DNA of 63,264 nt, counting the filler. It is 13 parts of 13 records of this genome, joined end to end, with 100 filler letters (N's around TTAATTAATTAA, not from the genome) between each part and the next. Parts side by side here need not be neighbours in the genome. Positions count along the whole stretch, not along the records: positions 33,181 to 38,979 come from SRR11831586_1141; positions 39,080 to 44,708 come from SRR11831586_1146; positions 44,809 to 46,900 come from SRR11831586_1148; positions 47,001 to 57,714 come from SRR11831586_1152; 9 more parts are not named here. The stretch is one strand, 5' to 3'. Positions within the stretch are counted from its first letter, which is position 1; every line of letters starts with the position of its first letter. Positions 36,527-47,155 of this stretch are shown piece after piece. The position numbers and the translations under genes were made by a program. The notes below the pieces were generated by a model. The model searched no databases. It worked only from the letters and a program-made list of their open reading frames with translations, and was not told the origin of the DNA.

Positions 36527-37699
36527 ATGATTGATTATACCGCAGCCGGTTTTACCCTGCTGCAGGGAGCGCATTTGTATGCGCCGGAAGATCGGGGAAT
36601 TTGCGATGTCCTCGTCGCTAACGGCAAAATTATCGCCGTTGCCAGCAATATCCCTTCTGACATTGTACCGAACTGCACGGTTGTCGATCTCAGTGGGCAG
36701 ATCCTCTGCCCAGGTTTTATTGATCAACACGTCCATTTGATTGGCGGTGGCGGCGAAGCAGGTCCCACGACGCGCACGCCGGAAGTGGCGCTAAGTCGCC
36801 TGACGGAAGCGGGCGTCACGTCAGTGGTTGGTCTGCTGGGCACCGACTCTATCTCTCGCCACCCGGAATCCCTGCTCGCCAAGACCCGTGCGCTCAATGA
36901 AGAAGGCATCAGCGCCTGGATGCTGACCGGCGCTTATCATGTCCCTTCCCGCACCATTACGGGTTCCGTGGAAAAAGACGTGGCGATTATCGATCGTGTG
37001 ATTGGCGTGAAATGCGCCATCTCTGATCACCGTTCTGCCGCACCGGACGTTTATCACCTGGCCAATATGGCGGCAGAATCCCGCGTTGGCGGTTTGCTCG
37101 GCGGTAAACCTGGCGTCACCGTGTTCCACATGGGCGACAGTAAAAAGGCGTTACAGCCTATTTATGACCTGCTGGAAAACTGCGATGTGCCGATCAGCAA
37201 GCTGCTGCCGACCCACGTTAACCGCAACGTACCGTTGTTTGAGCAGGCGCTGGAGTTCGCGCGCAAAGGCGGCACCATCGATATCACCAGCAGCATTGAC
37301 GAACCGGTCGCCCCTGCCGAAGGTATTGCCCGCGCCGTTCAGGCGGGTATTCCGCTGGCACGCGTCACCCTCAGCTCCGACGGCAACGGTAGCCAGCCGT
37401 TCTTCGATGACGAAGGGAATTTAACCCATATCGGTGTTGCCGGTTTTGAAACGTTGCTGGAAACCGTGCAGGTGCTGGTCAAAGACTATGATTTCAGTAT
37501 CAGCGATGCCCTGCGCCCGCTCACCAGTAGCGTAGCCGGTTTCCTTAACCTGACCGGGAAAGGCGAAATTCTGCCAGGCAATGATGCTGACTTGCTGGTC
37601 ATGACGCCAGAACTGCGCATTGAGCAGGTATACGCTCGCGGCAAACTGATGGTCAAAGACGGCAAAGCCTGCGTGAAAGGAACGTTTGAAACGGCTTAA
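36527..37699 (+). CDS. iadA: Isoaspartyl dipeptidase
   Basis: PGFIDQHVHLIGGGGE amidohydrolase motif; SSDGNGS. Confidence 0.97.
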   Translation: MIDYTAAGFTLLQGAHLYAPEDRGICDVLVANGKIIAVASNIPSDIVPNCTVVDLSGQILCPGFIDQHVHLIGGGGEAGPTTRTPEVALSRLTEAGVTSVVGLLGTDSISRHPESLLAKTRALNEEGISAWMLTGAYHVPSRTITGSVEKDVAIIDRVIGVKCAISDHRSAAPDVYHLANMAAESRVGGLLGGKPGVTVFHMGDSKKALQPIYDLLENCDVPISKLLPTHVNRNVPLFEQALEFARKGGTIDITSSIDEPVAPAEGIARAVQAGIPLARVTLSSDGNGSQPFFDDEGNLTHIGVAGFETLLETVQVLVKDYDFSISDALRPLTSSVAGFLNLTGKGEILPGNDADLLVMTPELRIEQVYARGKLMVKDGKACVKGTFETA

Positions 37700-37763
37700 A
37701 CGGTTGTCAGCCGCCCGAATGGACGTAGAATGCCCGCAAGGGCGGCTGACAGAGTAAAACGTA

Positions 37764-38675
37764 ATGGATGACTGTGGTGCGATTTTGCATAATATTGAAA
37801 CCAAATGGCTTTATGATTTTCTGACCCTGGAAAAATGCCGCAATTTTTCCCAGGCGGCAGTCAGTCGCAACGTCTCGCAACCGGCATTCAGCCGCCGCAT
37901 CCGTGCGCTGGAACAGGCGATTGGTGTTGAATTGTTTAACCGCCAGGTAACGCCGCTGCAACTCTCAGAACAAGGGAAAATCTTCCATTCGCAGATCCGC
38001 CATCTGTTGCAACAGTTAGAGAGCAATCTGGCAGAGCTGCGTGGCGGCAGCGATTACGCGCAACGAAAAATCAAGATAGCCGCTGCACACTCTCTTTCCC
38101 TCGGGCTGTTACCGTCCATTATCAGCCAGATGCCGCCGCTCTTTACCTGGGCAATTGAAGCTATTGATGTCGATGAAGCGGTCGATAAACTGCGTGAAGG
38201 GCAAAGTGACTGTATTTTTTCCTTTCACGACGAAGATTTGCTGGAAGCGCCGTTTGACCACATTCGCTTATTTGAATCTCAATTGTTCCCTGTCTGCGCC
38301 AGTGACGAACACGGAGAAGCACTTTTTAACCTCGCGCAGCCACACTTTCCGTTACTGAATTACAGCCGCAACTCCTACATGGGGCGATTGATTAATCGCA
38401 CCCTGACGCGCCACAGTGAGTTAAGTTTCAGCACCTTTTTTGTCTCTTCGATGAGCGAGCTTTTAAAGCAGGTTGCCCTCGACGGCTGTGGGATTGCCTG
38501 GCTGCCGGAGTACGCCATCCAACAAGAAATTCGCAGCGGGAAGCTCGTTGTACTGAATCGGGACGAACTGGTGATCCCGATTCAGGCCTATGCATACCGG
38601 ATGAATACCCGCATGAATCCCGTTGCCGAACGCTTCTGGCGTGAACTGCGCGAGCTGGAGATTGTGCTTAGCTGA
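37764..38675 (+). CDS. hypT: LysR regulator HypT (YjiE/QseD)
   Basis: Lys[24 protein letters not shown]; 303 aa. Confidence 0.95.
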   Translation: MDDCGAILHNIETKWLYDFLTLEKCRNFSQAAVSRNVSQPAFSRRIRALEQAIGVELFNRQVTPLQLSEQGKIFHSQIRHLLQQLESNLAELRGGSDYAQRKIKIAAAHSLSLGLLPSIISQMPPLFTWAIEAIDVDEAVDKLREGQSDCIFSFHDEDLLEAPFDHIRLFESQLFPVCASDEHGEALFNLAQPHFPLLNYSRNSYMGRLINRTLTRHSELSFSTFFVSSMSELLKQVALDGCGIAWLPEYAIQQEIRSGKLVVLNRDELVIPIQAYAYRMNTRMNPVAERFWRELRELEIVLS

Positions 38676-38979
38676 CATTCTCCAGCGTCGCACTGCGCCA
38701 ACCGCCATTATCCCAGACCAGATCAAACGTTAGCGGTTCATCGTCGTGGTACAGCATTATCTCAAGGCTGATCGCCAGAGTGTGGCAGTACGCTTCTTTC
38801 AAATTAACCTGCAACGCCGCAATCCGTGGCTCATGAAATAACAGTGCAGAACGCAGCTGACGGCAATACCAGCTCTGGAGATGTTTGTCGCTCGGGTTAT
38901 GCACTTGCCACTCGGGCATGCCTGAAACAAGTAATGACGGTAATGCCGAATGAGGAGAATTAAAAAGAGTGAGGAGATC
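38668..38979 (-). CDS. iraD: RpoS anti-adaptor IraD (5' truncated)
   Basis: [28 protein letters not shown]...SATLENVS*; convergent on hypT. Confidence 0.9.
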   Translation of the reverse strand, partial: DLLTLFNSPHSALPSLLVSGMPEWQVHNPSDKHLQSWYCRQLRSALLFHEPRIAALQVNLKEAYCHTLAISLEIMLYHDDEPLTFDLVWDNGGWRSATLENVS

Positions 38980-39079
38980 NNNNNNNNNNNNNNNNNNNNN
39001 NNNNNNNNNNNNNNNNNNNNNNNTTAATTAATTAANNNNNNNNNNNNNNNNNNNNNNNNNNNNNNNNNNNNNNNNNNNN
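38980..39079. other. Artificial contig spacer (8/12)
   Basis: Same linker. Confidence 0.99.
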
Positions 39080-39695
39080 GGTGTAGCCGAAAAACGTACA
39101 GCATCCTAACAGCACCAGGATTTAAGGTGAAATTAATCTTTCATCACAGACCGGTCAGTACTGCCACCAACCGGTCTTTACTTGCTCATCGTTATAATTT
39201 TGTTGGTAACAGTTCGGGAAAGTTGTTTTTCTAAATTAACAACAGAATAACTTTCTTGTTTAATGAGATTAATATTGGCAACCATTATAGCCTCCTTCCC
39301 ACGGTTTAAGAGCAAACATACAACATAATTATTCATAACATACAGAGCAGTAAATGAATGATACTGACAATGATGCTAGTCCATTATCTTTGCATAATAT
39401 TTGTTAGCTATAGATTTTAAAAATATTTATGAGAAAAGTATGGCACCAGAGGGGGTTTTGACTATCAAAAATCGCTCAAACATGAACTAAGATGATGAAT
39501 TAAGCATTATCTGCGATAATTGCCACTCAGTTCTACAAATAATATTTAAATGCTCCTGAACAGTGATGTAGCAAGACACGTATGGAGCCAACGAAGAATA
39601 AAAATTTATAGAGTTCTTATTTAATATAACCGAAATAGCCAAGGACTAATATAAATGACCTGAATGAGAGAGGCAGCACCGCCCCTCTCCATCAG

Positions 39696-40685
39696 CTACT
39701 CTTCTTCGTTCCCGCCCTCTTCATACGGGCCAAATGGCTTCGCGGGCAGAACGATATACGTGCCTTCAAACACTGCACCCGGCGTCTCGTCGCCAAAGAT
39801 TTCGACCTGCATCTGCACCCGTGCTTTTCGTCCGCGCGCCAGACGGTCGAGATCGCCGCTTAAGGCACCGAGGTCGGCTACCGCATGAGGTTTACCGCTA
39901 ATCGGCTTGCTGTAGCGGATATGCGCATCCGCAAGAATAATCGTTCCGCCGAGGTGGCGTTCACGCAGCATCAGCCAGATAAGTCCCCAACCAGTGAGCG
40001 TCGCCAGTGAGAATAAACTCCCGGCAAACAGCGTATGGTGCGGATTCTGATTGCCGGTTTCTGGCATGGTAGTGATAAATTTTTGCCCGGTATATTGCTG
40101 AATGCGCACGCCCATTTTTTCACTAAGCGGGATATGTTCGTACCACGCCTGTTGCAGCTGCGCGCACCAGTCGCCGCGATGCAGAATGTCATCCAGAGTG
40201 GCGACGGGCTTAATCATCAAAAAATGGCGAATCGGCGTGGTGGTTGGCGTGGTGATTTCTCCCTGATTAACAAACCCCAGCTTGGCGAAAAACTCCACCG
40301 CGTCTTCACGGGCGCTACAGGTCACGCGCTTAACGCCTTCCTGACGCGCCACCGACTCCAGGGTCATCGCCATCAGCGTGCCTAACCCTTTGTCCTGCAC
40401 GTCGGGATGAACGGCCATAAAGCGAATGGACGCTTCATTGTCGGCATTAATATACAGTCGGCCTACCGCCACCAGATTACCCTGCTCGTCGACGACCATC
40501 TGGTGATGCGCCATCGCATCCCACGCGTCGCGTTCCGAACCTTTTGGTTGATGCAGGGGCTTACGCAACATTTCCCAGCGAAACTGATAGTAACGCTCTA
40601 ATTCTTCTTCTGTTTGTGGAACCCGAAGGTGATACATAGCGATACTCTCTCTTGTTTCCCGTGACAACCCTGGAAGCTGGCTCAT
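39696..40685 (-). CDS. fabY: GNAT + hotdog-fold protein FabY (YiiD)
   Basis: GNAT motif [11 protein letters not shown]; thioesterase-like [10 protein letters not shown]; follows dtd. Confidence 0.94.
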
Positions 40686-41119
40686 ACCTGCAACCAGAAT
40701 GTCACGGGGCCATCATTGACCAGCGATACCTGCATATCCGCAGCGAAGCGTCCTGTTTGCGTGTTCATCTCTTGCTGACGGCAGCGTTCGACGAAATAGT
40801 CATATAACGCCTCTGCGCGATCCGGTGATGCACCTTTGGAGAAACTTGGGCGCATCCCCCGTTCGGTATCTGCGGCGAGGGTAAACTGGGAAACCACCAG
40901 CACACTGCCGCCCGCCTGTTGCACGTTGAGATTCATCTTGCCTTCGGCATCGCTAAAGATGCGGTAGCCGAGCACACGCTCGCACAGACGGTTTGCTTTC
41001 TGTTCGTCGTCATCCTTTTCGACACCCAATAACACCAAAAGTCCCGCGCCAATTTCGCCCGTCACTTCTCCCTCCACGGTGACGCTGGCACGGGTTACGC
41101 GTTGAATTAATGCAATCAT
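40682..41119 (-). CDS. dtd: D-aminoacyl-tRNA deacylase
   Basis: VSQFTL and NDGPVT motifs. Confidence 0.98.
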
Positions 41120-41988
41120 GGTTCGTCGTCTTCTTCTTGTTCAGCTGCTTGTTTTAGTTTGCGGTATTCCCCGAGAGTGACAGTAATTTCCGCGCCAAGC
41201 AAGACGATACACCATGTCCAGTAGACCCAAACAAAGAGAATGGGGATCACCGCCAGCACACCATAAATGAGCTGATATGACGGGAACATGGTGATATAAA
41301 GCGCGAAACCTTTCTTTCCTGCTTCGAACAGGAGTGCGGCGACAAACGCGCCGACAATCGCGTCGCGGTTAGGTACGCGGATGGTAGGAACAATGCTGTA
41401 CAGCAACCAGAAGGAGATCCACGACAACAGCAACGGAAAAATACGCAGCACGTTGTCGATGACAGTATTGAGATCGCTCGCCCAGCGCAGGGAGAGCAAA
41501 TAGGAACTGATCGCCAGACTGGCCCCTGCCAGCAGCGGCCCCAGCGTTAAAATCATCCAGTACACGGCGAACGAGTAAATTTTTGGTCGCGCTCGTTTAC
41601 TGCGCCAGATGGTATTCAACGCGCTATCGATGGAGTACATCAACAATAACGCGGTGACGATCAGCCCGCACGCCCCAACGGCGGTCATCTTGTTGGAATT
41701 GGCAACAAATTGTTCGATATACCGCTGAATAACATCGCCAGTAGCAGGCAGAAAGTTGGCAAAAATAAAGTGACGTAACTGAATGCTGACGTCGGAAAAC
41801 ATGGGAAAAGCGGCGAAAAGCGCAAAAACAACGGCAACCAGCGGCACTAATGAGAGCAACGACACATAGGCAAGGTTACCTGCCAGGGTTGTCATGTTGT
41901 CCTCATCAATGCGTTGCCAGAGTAGTTTTAGCCAGGCCCATAGTGGACGGGTACGGTGCCTGGCTTTGTCCTGAATGGTTTTTAGCAT
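41116..41988 (-). CDS. yihY: YihY/BrkB family membrane protein
   Basis: [14 protein letters not shown]...YQLIYG; 290 aa. Confidence 0.95.
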
Positions 41989-42581
41989 AACACCTTCGCG
42001 AAATAGTCCGGGATGGTGGTTTTATCTTTCACCAGAATACTGGTAATGCCCAGCTGATTGGCTCCTTCTATATTATCGGCGTTATCGTCGAAAAAGACCG
42101 TATCGCTGGGTGAAAAACCTTCCGCCTGCAAAACATGCTGGTAAATTCGTGCTTCAGGTTTGCGCATCCCCAGATCTTGCGACAGATAGATATGGTCAGC
42201 AGCATCACGAATTTCCGGGTATTCTTCCGGCCAGAAGGTGGTATGCAGGCGGTTGGTATTGGAAAGCACCACCACGCGATGCCCCTGCTCACGCAGTTTA
42301 TGCATGATGGCGATCACTTCCGGGCGCAGCGCAACAAACACCGCCTGCCAGCCGTGAGAGAACTGCTCGTAGCTTAGCGGTAGAGCCATCTCATGACACA
42401 GCGCCTCTGCGAACGCTTCGTCGCTAATTTCCCCACGCTCATGCTGATGAAACGCCTCCCCCATATGAAAACTCTTCTTAAGCGATGCCAGCGGAATACG
42501 CGTTAAATCGCTCCAGGCTCCCAGCACACGGTTAAAGTCGATATCGACAATCACATTACCTAAATCAAAGATATAGAGCAT
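41982..42581 (-). CDS. yihX: HAD phosphatase, alpha-D-glucose-1-phosphatase YihX
   Basis: FDLGNV, LSNT, RKP and FFDD HAD motifs. Confidence 0.95.
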
Positions 42582-42679
42582 TTTTGCCTCCTTTCGCGCC
42601 ACAAGAAATTAACTGTAGCGGGAAAGGATGGGTTTGGCTATGTGGCAAGGTATGAAGCCAGGTTAACGGTCACAAAAAT

Positions 42680-43465
42680 CTACGCGTCTTCCTGGGGAAG
42701 AATGATTTCAATTTGGCTGTCTTGTAAGCGTGATTTTAGCGCAGCGGGCGGCAGCTCGTCGGTAAAGAGCGCAGTGACCTGTGCCACGTTACCAATTTCA
42801 ACCGCCGCCGAAGCATGATACTTAGTGTGATCGGCGACCAGCAGAATATTTCTCGCGTGCGCCATCATCGTTTTCACCACGTTAGCTTCGTTTACATCAA
42901 ACTCCATCAACGCGCCATCGCTCTCAATCGCCCCAACGCTTGTTACCAGATAATCAGCACGAAAATCAGCCACAAAGGACGCCGCTGAAGGGCCAATGAT
43001 CCCGCTATTATGAGAGCGCAACGTACCGCCGGGCACCATCACTTCAAAGCGCGGGTTGTGGTAAAGAATATGCGCCACACGCAGGCTGTTGGTGATTATC
43101 CGCAAATGATTATGGTTAAGTAACGCCCGGGCAACATGCTCAACAGTCGTACCAATGGTGATAAATATTGTTGAACCATCAGGAATATAGTCTGCCACCG
43201 CTTCGGCAATCGCTTTTTTTTCCTCGGTTTGCGAAACCTCACGCTGCTCGAACGCCGTATTAACGACGCTGGAAGCCCGACCCGCGCCACCGTGATGGCG
43301 CGTAATCAGGCCTTGCTCGCTTAATTTACGAATATCCCGGCGGACCGTCTGCGTGGAGACATCCAGCAGATTTGCCAGCTCATCAATATTCATATACCCA
43401 CGCTCGGCGATCAGCATGAGGAGTTGGTCGTGCCGCGGGTTACCGGTTAGTTCGGTAAGGCTCAT
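42680..43465 (-). CDS. csqR: DeoR-family repressor of sulfoquinovose genes CsqR (YihW)
   Basis: DeoR HTH VSTQTVRRDI; downstream of yihV. Confidence 0.94.
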   Translation of the reverse strand: MSLTELTGNPRHDQLLMLIAERGYMNIDELANLLDVSTQTVRRDIRKLSEQGLITRHHGGAGRASSVVNTAFEQREVSQTEEKKAIAEAVADYIPDGSTIFITIGTTVEHVARALLNHNHLRIITNSLRVAHILYHNPRFEVMVPGGTLRSHNSGIIGPSAASFVADFRADYLVTSVGAIESDGALMEFDVNEANVVKTMMAHARNILLVADHTKYHASAAVEIGNVAQVTALFTDELPPAALKSRLQDSQIEIILPQEDA

Positions 43466-43498
43466 GAAAATTCCTCGAAAAACCATCACCCTGGCATT

Positions 43499-44395
43499 TT
43501 ATACAAAAAGTGACAAAAAAGATCGGGTTTGATCACAGTCAGGGATCCCGGCTCGTCCACCGGGACGTGTGCATTTTAACGCCGCTACACCGCTGGCGAA
43601 GCGGACTGACTCCGCTAAATCCCCACTTGTTGCCAGCGCCACCGCCAAAGCGCCGTGAAAAACATCACCCGCACCTGTGGTATCTACCACATCAACTTTG
43701 AAGGCCGGTTGATGCTGACGCCCACCATTTTCCAGCCAGTCGCAGCCTGCGCTACCCTGGGTCACATAGACATGACCATTTGTGAGCGTTTGTGCCTGTT
43801 TTAGCGCACTGGCCATCTCTTTCACGCCCGTTAAGCGCGCCAGACCCGGTTCTGAAAAGGCCGCGTGATCGCTTAATGCCACCAGCTCACTGATATCCTG
43901 CGGCGTAATGTCCCCGTCCAGAACGGTCATCACACCCGCCTGACGGGCCAGGGTGAAGGCTTTTTTAGCGCCGTCGTGCCAGCGTACATCTGCCAGCACA
44001 ACATCCCACTGAGAGAAATCAATTTCCTCCAACCACTCTGCGTCAGGCAGCAGATCCGGGCTGGGGTAGTTAATGATTATCCGCTCGCCTTTGGTATCCA
44101 CCATGATGGCGGATTGCGAAGATTTCGCCTGGTTATACCGTTTGGTGTAACGGGTGTTAACGCCCCAGGATTCCAGCTCTGCCAGCAGGCTGTTGCCCGT
44201 GTCGTCATCACCTACGCGACCAATAAAATCGACCTGCGCCCCCAGCCTTGCCGCCGCAACCGCTGCCGTCGCCGCTGGCCCGCCACCAACTTCCGTATAA
44301 TTTCTCGCCACGTATTTACCGCTCTCCGTCGGTAACCCTTCCACGTAATAGATGCGATCCATCACGGTTATACCTACACAAGCAACACGAATCAT
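43499..44395 (-). CDS. yihV: Sulfofructose kinase (PfkB family)
   Basis: GGPAATAA and DTTGAGDVF motifs. Confidence 0.95.
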   Translation of the reverse strand: MIRVACVGITVMDRIYYVEGLPTESGKYVARNYTEVGGGPAATAAVAAARLGAQVDFIGRVGDDDTGNSLLAELESWGVNTRYTKRYNQAKSSQSAIMVDTKGERIIINYPSPDLLPDAEWLEEIDFSQWDVVLADVRWHDGAKKAFTLARQAGVMTVLDGDITPQDISELVALSDHAAFSEPGLARLTGVKEMASALKQAQTLTNGHVYVTQGSAGCDWLENGGRQHQPAFKVDVVDTTGAGDVFHGALAVALATSGDLAESVRFASGVAALKCTRPGGRAGIPDCDQTRSFLSLFV

Positions 44396-44562
44396 GGTCA
44401 TTCCTTAAACATTTTGGGATGCGTTCATTTTAATTTCACCAATTGTTTAAAAAGTGACGGCTGTCAATTTTTTGACGATAAATTACAAATACGATCAAAA
44501 ACAGACAAGCAAAGCATGTCATAAATGACAAAAAGTGACATAACTGTATTCAGGAGAGGGTT

Positions 44563-44708
44563 ATGGCAGCAATCGCGTTTATCGGTTTAGGACAAATGGG
44601 TTCGCCAATGGCGAGCAATTTATTGCAGCAAGGGCATCAACTTCGCGTCTTTGATGTGAACGCCGAAGCTGTGCGGCATCTGGTAGACAAAGGTGCGACT
44701 CCCGCCGC
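44563..44708 (+). CDS. yihU: Sulfolactaldehyde reductase (5' fragment)
   Basis: [20 protein letters not shown]ossmann motif; divergent from yihV. Confidence 0.92.
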
Positions 44709-44808
44709 NNNNNNNNNNNNNNNNNNNNNNNNNNNNNNNNNNNNNNNNNNNNTTAATTAATTAANNNNNNNNNNNNNNNNNNNNNNNNNNNNNNNNNNNN
44801 NNNNNNNN
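44709..44808. other. Artificial contig spacer (9/12)
   Basis: Same linker. Confidence 0.99.
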
Positions 44809-44998
44809 GGGGTGCATGGGATGAAGATCGGGGTGGGTGGGGTGGGGCGGACACGCCCGAAGTGCAGTACCCCACGAGAGCGCCCACGTTATTCAGCAGC
44901 GCTACACAACACGCACGCACACACACATACATACACAGTGTCAGCGGGAGAAAGGGCCCCACGCTACGTGCAGACCCACTCCAAGGGCCAAGACGTAC

Positions 44999-46000
44999 AG
45001 CGGGTGAGGGATGCGATGTCGGAGGACCGTGTGATGAGCTCCACCTCCAGCTCGTGCGTGGTCTTGGCAACAGGGTCCGTCCCGTGCGACTTGACCTGTG
45101 CATGCATCGAAAATCACGCACACATCGTGCGCATAGGGGCATATCGCAGACTCTCACACTCTACCACGGACACCAACCGCAAATCACACGCAGCACCCGG
45201 CGCATGAACAGTCCTCCCATGCACTGCCGCGCGCGCACACCTGTGTCAGATCGAAGCACCAGTTCCCCGGGAGGAGCTGATACGACATGCGGTCCTTCTC
45301 ACGGTGGTCCGCAACAGCACGGTCTCGATCCGCATCGCTGACGGTGCACGGGACCTCGGAGGACGCCGAGATGCGCACATCATAGGGCCACTGCGGGCAG
45401 TAGATGTTGAGATCGCCCAGACGCCGCTTGCGCACCGCACGCAGGAACTTCTGCAGCCGTGTTCAGAGTGTGAGCGGAGGGTGGCACAGACACTTCAAAG
45501 CAGGGAGGACGGAAGCAGGAGGTGAAGAGGTATACCTTGGTCTTGCTGTCACGGGTGATGCGCACACGGTCAGCGGTGTAGCAGTCGTCCTCACGGATGT
45601 GCTGGTACTTCATTTTAGGGCCCGCATACGCCTTATCCTTCGCTTTCTCCACTAGAGTGGCAAATGTCCTGTTGAGGTTCTCATTGCACTGCACAGGGAT
45701 TAAAGCGTGGAAGATAAACAACGCGATGTTACAGTTCCGGACGGAGTGCGCATACCAGTCGAAACGCACTTGCTGGAATGGCTGACTCAAATGCGAAGTT
45801 ATAGTCAGCTTTGCTTATTACTACAGGTTCGCGGTACCCTGGAATATCAAACCGTATGCCCGTATCAGCATCGATCATCTGCCCCAGTTTCGCCTCAATC
45901 TACGGGCAGATGAACAGAATGGCAAATCAGGAATTTCACGTACCTCGGCAGTGGGGTCATTCACATAACGCCGCAGGAAATCGGCTACCTGCCGCTCCAT
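44999..46000 (-). CDS. mRNA 5'-triphosphatase, Cet1/Pct1-type triphosphate tunnel metalloenzyme (eukaryotic, spliced, 3' end missing)
   Basis: Exons 46000-45944, 45899-45756, 45688-45536, 45450-45241 and 45095-44999 join in frame. Motifs EIEAKLG (A), FES, RVRITRD, KRRLGDLNIYCP..YDVRIS, REKDRMSY, FDLTQV and HELEVE (B) are all present. Confidence 0.88.
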
Positions 46001-46190
46001 CAAGTCCAACAATGAACTCCACACAAGCTGAATGCTGAAAATGTGGGAGCATCCAAAAAAATAGTCTGACACTTGGGATTCAAAAGAAATCGATCAAAAA
46101 TATGACCGCTGTGCACCACGCTTCAGGCTACTTCGAAGCGGCAAGCGTATGTTCTGATTTGAATTTTTCCATAGGTGTGCGGTAACTACT

Positions 46191-46900
46191 ATGAGTGGTC
46201 GCGCCGGCAGCCGAGCGCCACGGTACTTCTGCGCACTATTCTTATTTTTAATTTCGCTCATCCATCTTCTCTTTTTCAGTTCCCCTGTGCGCGCACTTTC
46301 ACCACGACGGCGTCCGCGCTCTCCTGCGAAGACTCTTCAACCTGTCGTGGTAATCCCTCCTTTCCCGAGTGCAGATGTACCCGCCACTCCCCGCACGCTG
46401 CTTCGAGCTGTTGCCACTTCTGCACCTGCTGCCGATGATCAAGCTGCGCGGTGGAAGTCATGGCGGATTCGAACCATCTCCACGTTTATCATGATGGGAT
46501 CGTTTGCGTTCATTGTTTTCAGCGGACACACGACCATAATGCTACTGACGGCATTCATCCTCGTGGTGGTGTACAAGGAGATCATGGACATCGGATACAA
46601 CGCAAAGGAAAGGAAACCACCGGCGTGGTGGCTGCAGTGGTATGCGAGTGTAAATGTCTCGGTTGCGTGGGCATCTCATGTTTCTGTGTCTGCTGCGTCT
46701 CCGCTCACTAGTTGCGTTCGTTCGTTCGTGTAGGTACTTTTTCGGCGCGGCTGTGCTGTTTATCTATGGGCGCGCGCTGCTGCTCCAATTCCAGCGCACA
46801 TTCGGCTCCACATACAGCGACTACCATATCTTGGCTGGATTCAGTTTGCTCACCGCGGGCCTAGTGATGGTGGTGCTGTCACTCCGAAGGCAGTACGTTG
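46191..46900 (+). CDS. Phosphatidate cytidylyltransferase (CDP-DAG synthase, eukaryotic CDS1/2 type), 5' part
   Basis: Exons 46191-46222, 46280-46639 and 46734->46900 read RWKSWRIRTISTFIMM...YKEIMDIGY...LQWYFF...YH...FSLLTAGLVMVVLSL. Confidence 0.85.
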
Positions 46901-47000
46901 NNNNNNNNNNNNNNNNNNNNNNNNNNNNNNNNNNNNNNNNNNNNTTAATTAATTAANNNNNNNNNNNNNNNNNNNNNNNNNNNNNNNNNNNNNNNNNNNN
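46901..47000. other. Artificial contig spacer (10/12)
   Basis: Same linker. Confidence 0.99.
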
Positions 47001-47141
47001 AATGATCTTCCGTTGCAGAGGTTCGCGCGGCTAATGAGAGGCTTTACCCACATAGAGCTGGGTTAGGGTTGTCATTAGTCGCGAGGATGCGCAGAAGATC
47101 GGGTATTAACACCAGTGCCGTAAGGTACTGTCTAAGAAAGA
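47001..47141 (-). ncRNA. sraG: SraG antisense sRNA (partial; ends approximate)
   Basis: Positional: E. coli SraG lies antisense to the pnp leader. Ends are recalled, not visible in the sequence. Confidence 0.55.
47003..47101 (+). promoter_or_regulatory. pnp leader RNase III stem-loop (autoregulation)
   Basis: GATCTTC...GAAGATC and CGCGGCTAATGA...TCATTAGTCGCG pairings in the pnp 5' UTR. Confidence 0.75.
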
Positions 47142-47155
47142 GAAAGGATATTACA

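Noticed and set aside
46147..46174. 28-nt GTATGT...ATAG mini-intron joining an ATG at 46102 to the CDP-DAG synthase
   Set aside because: The resulting frame stops at 46438 and is not the CDS frame; at most a UTR intron or uORF, and unsupported.
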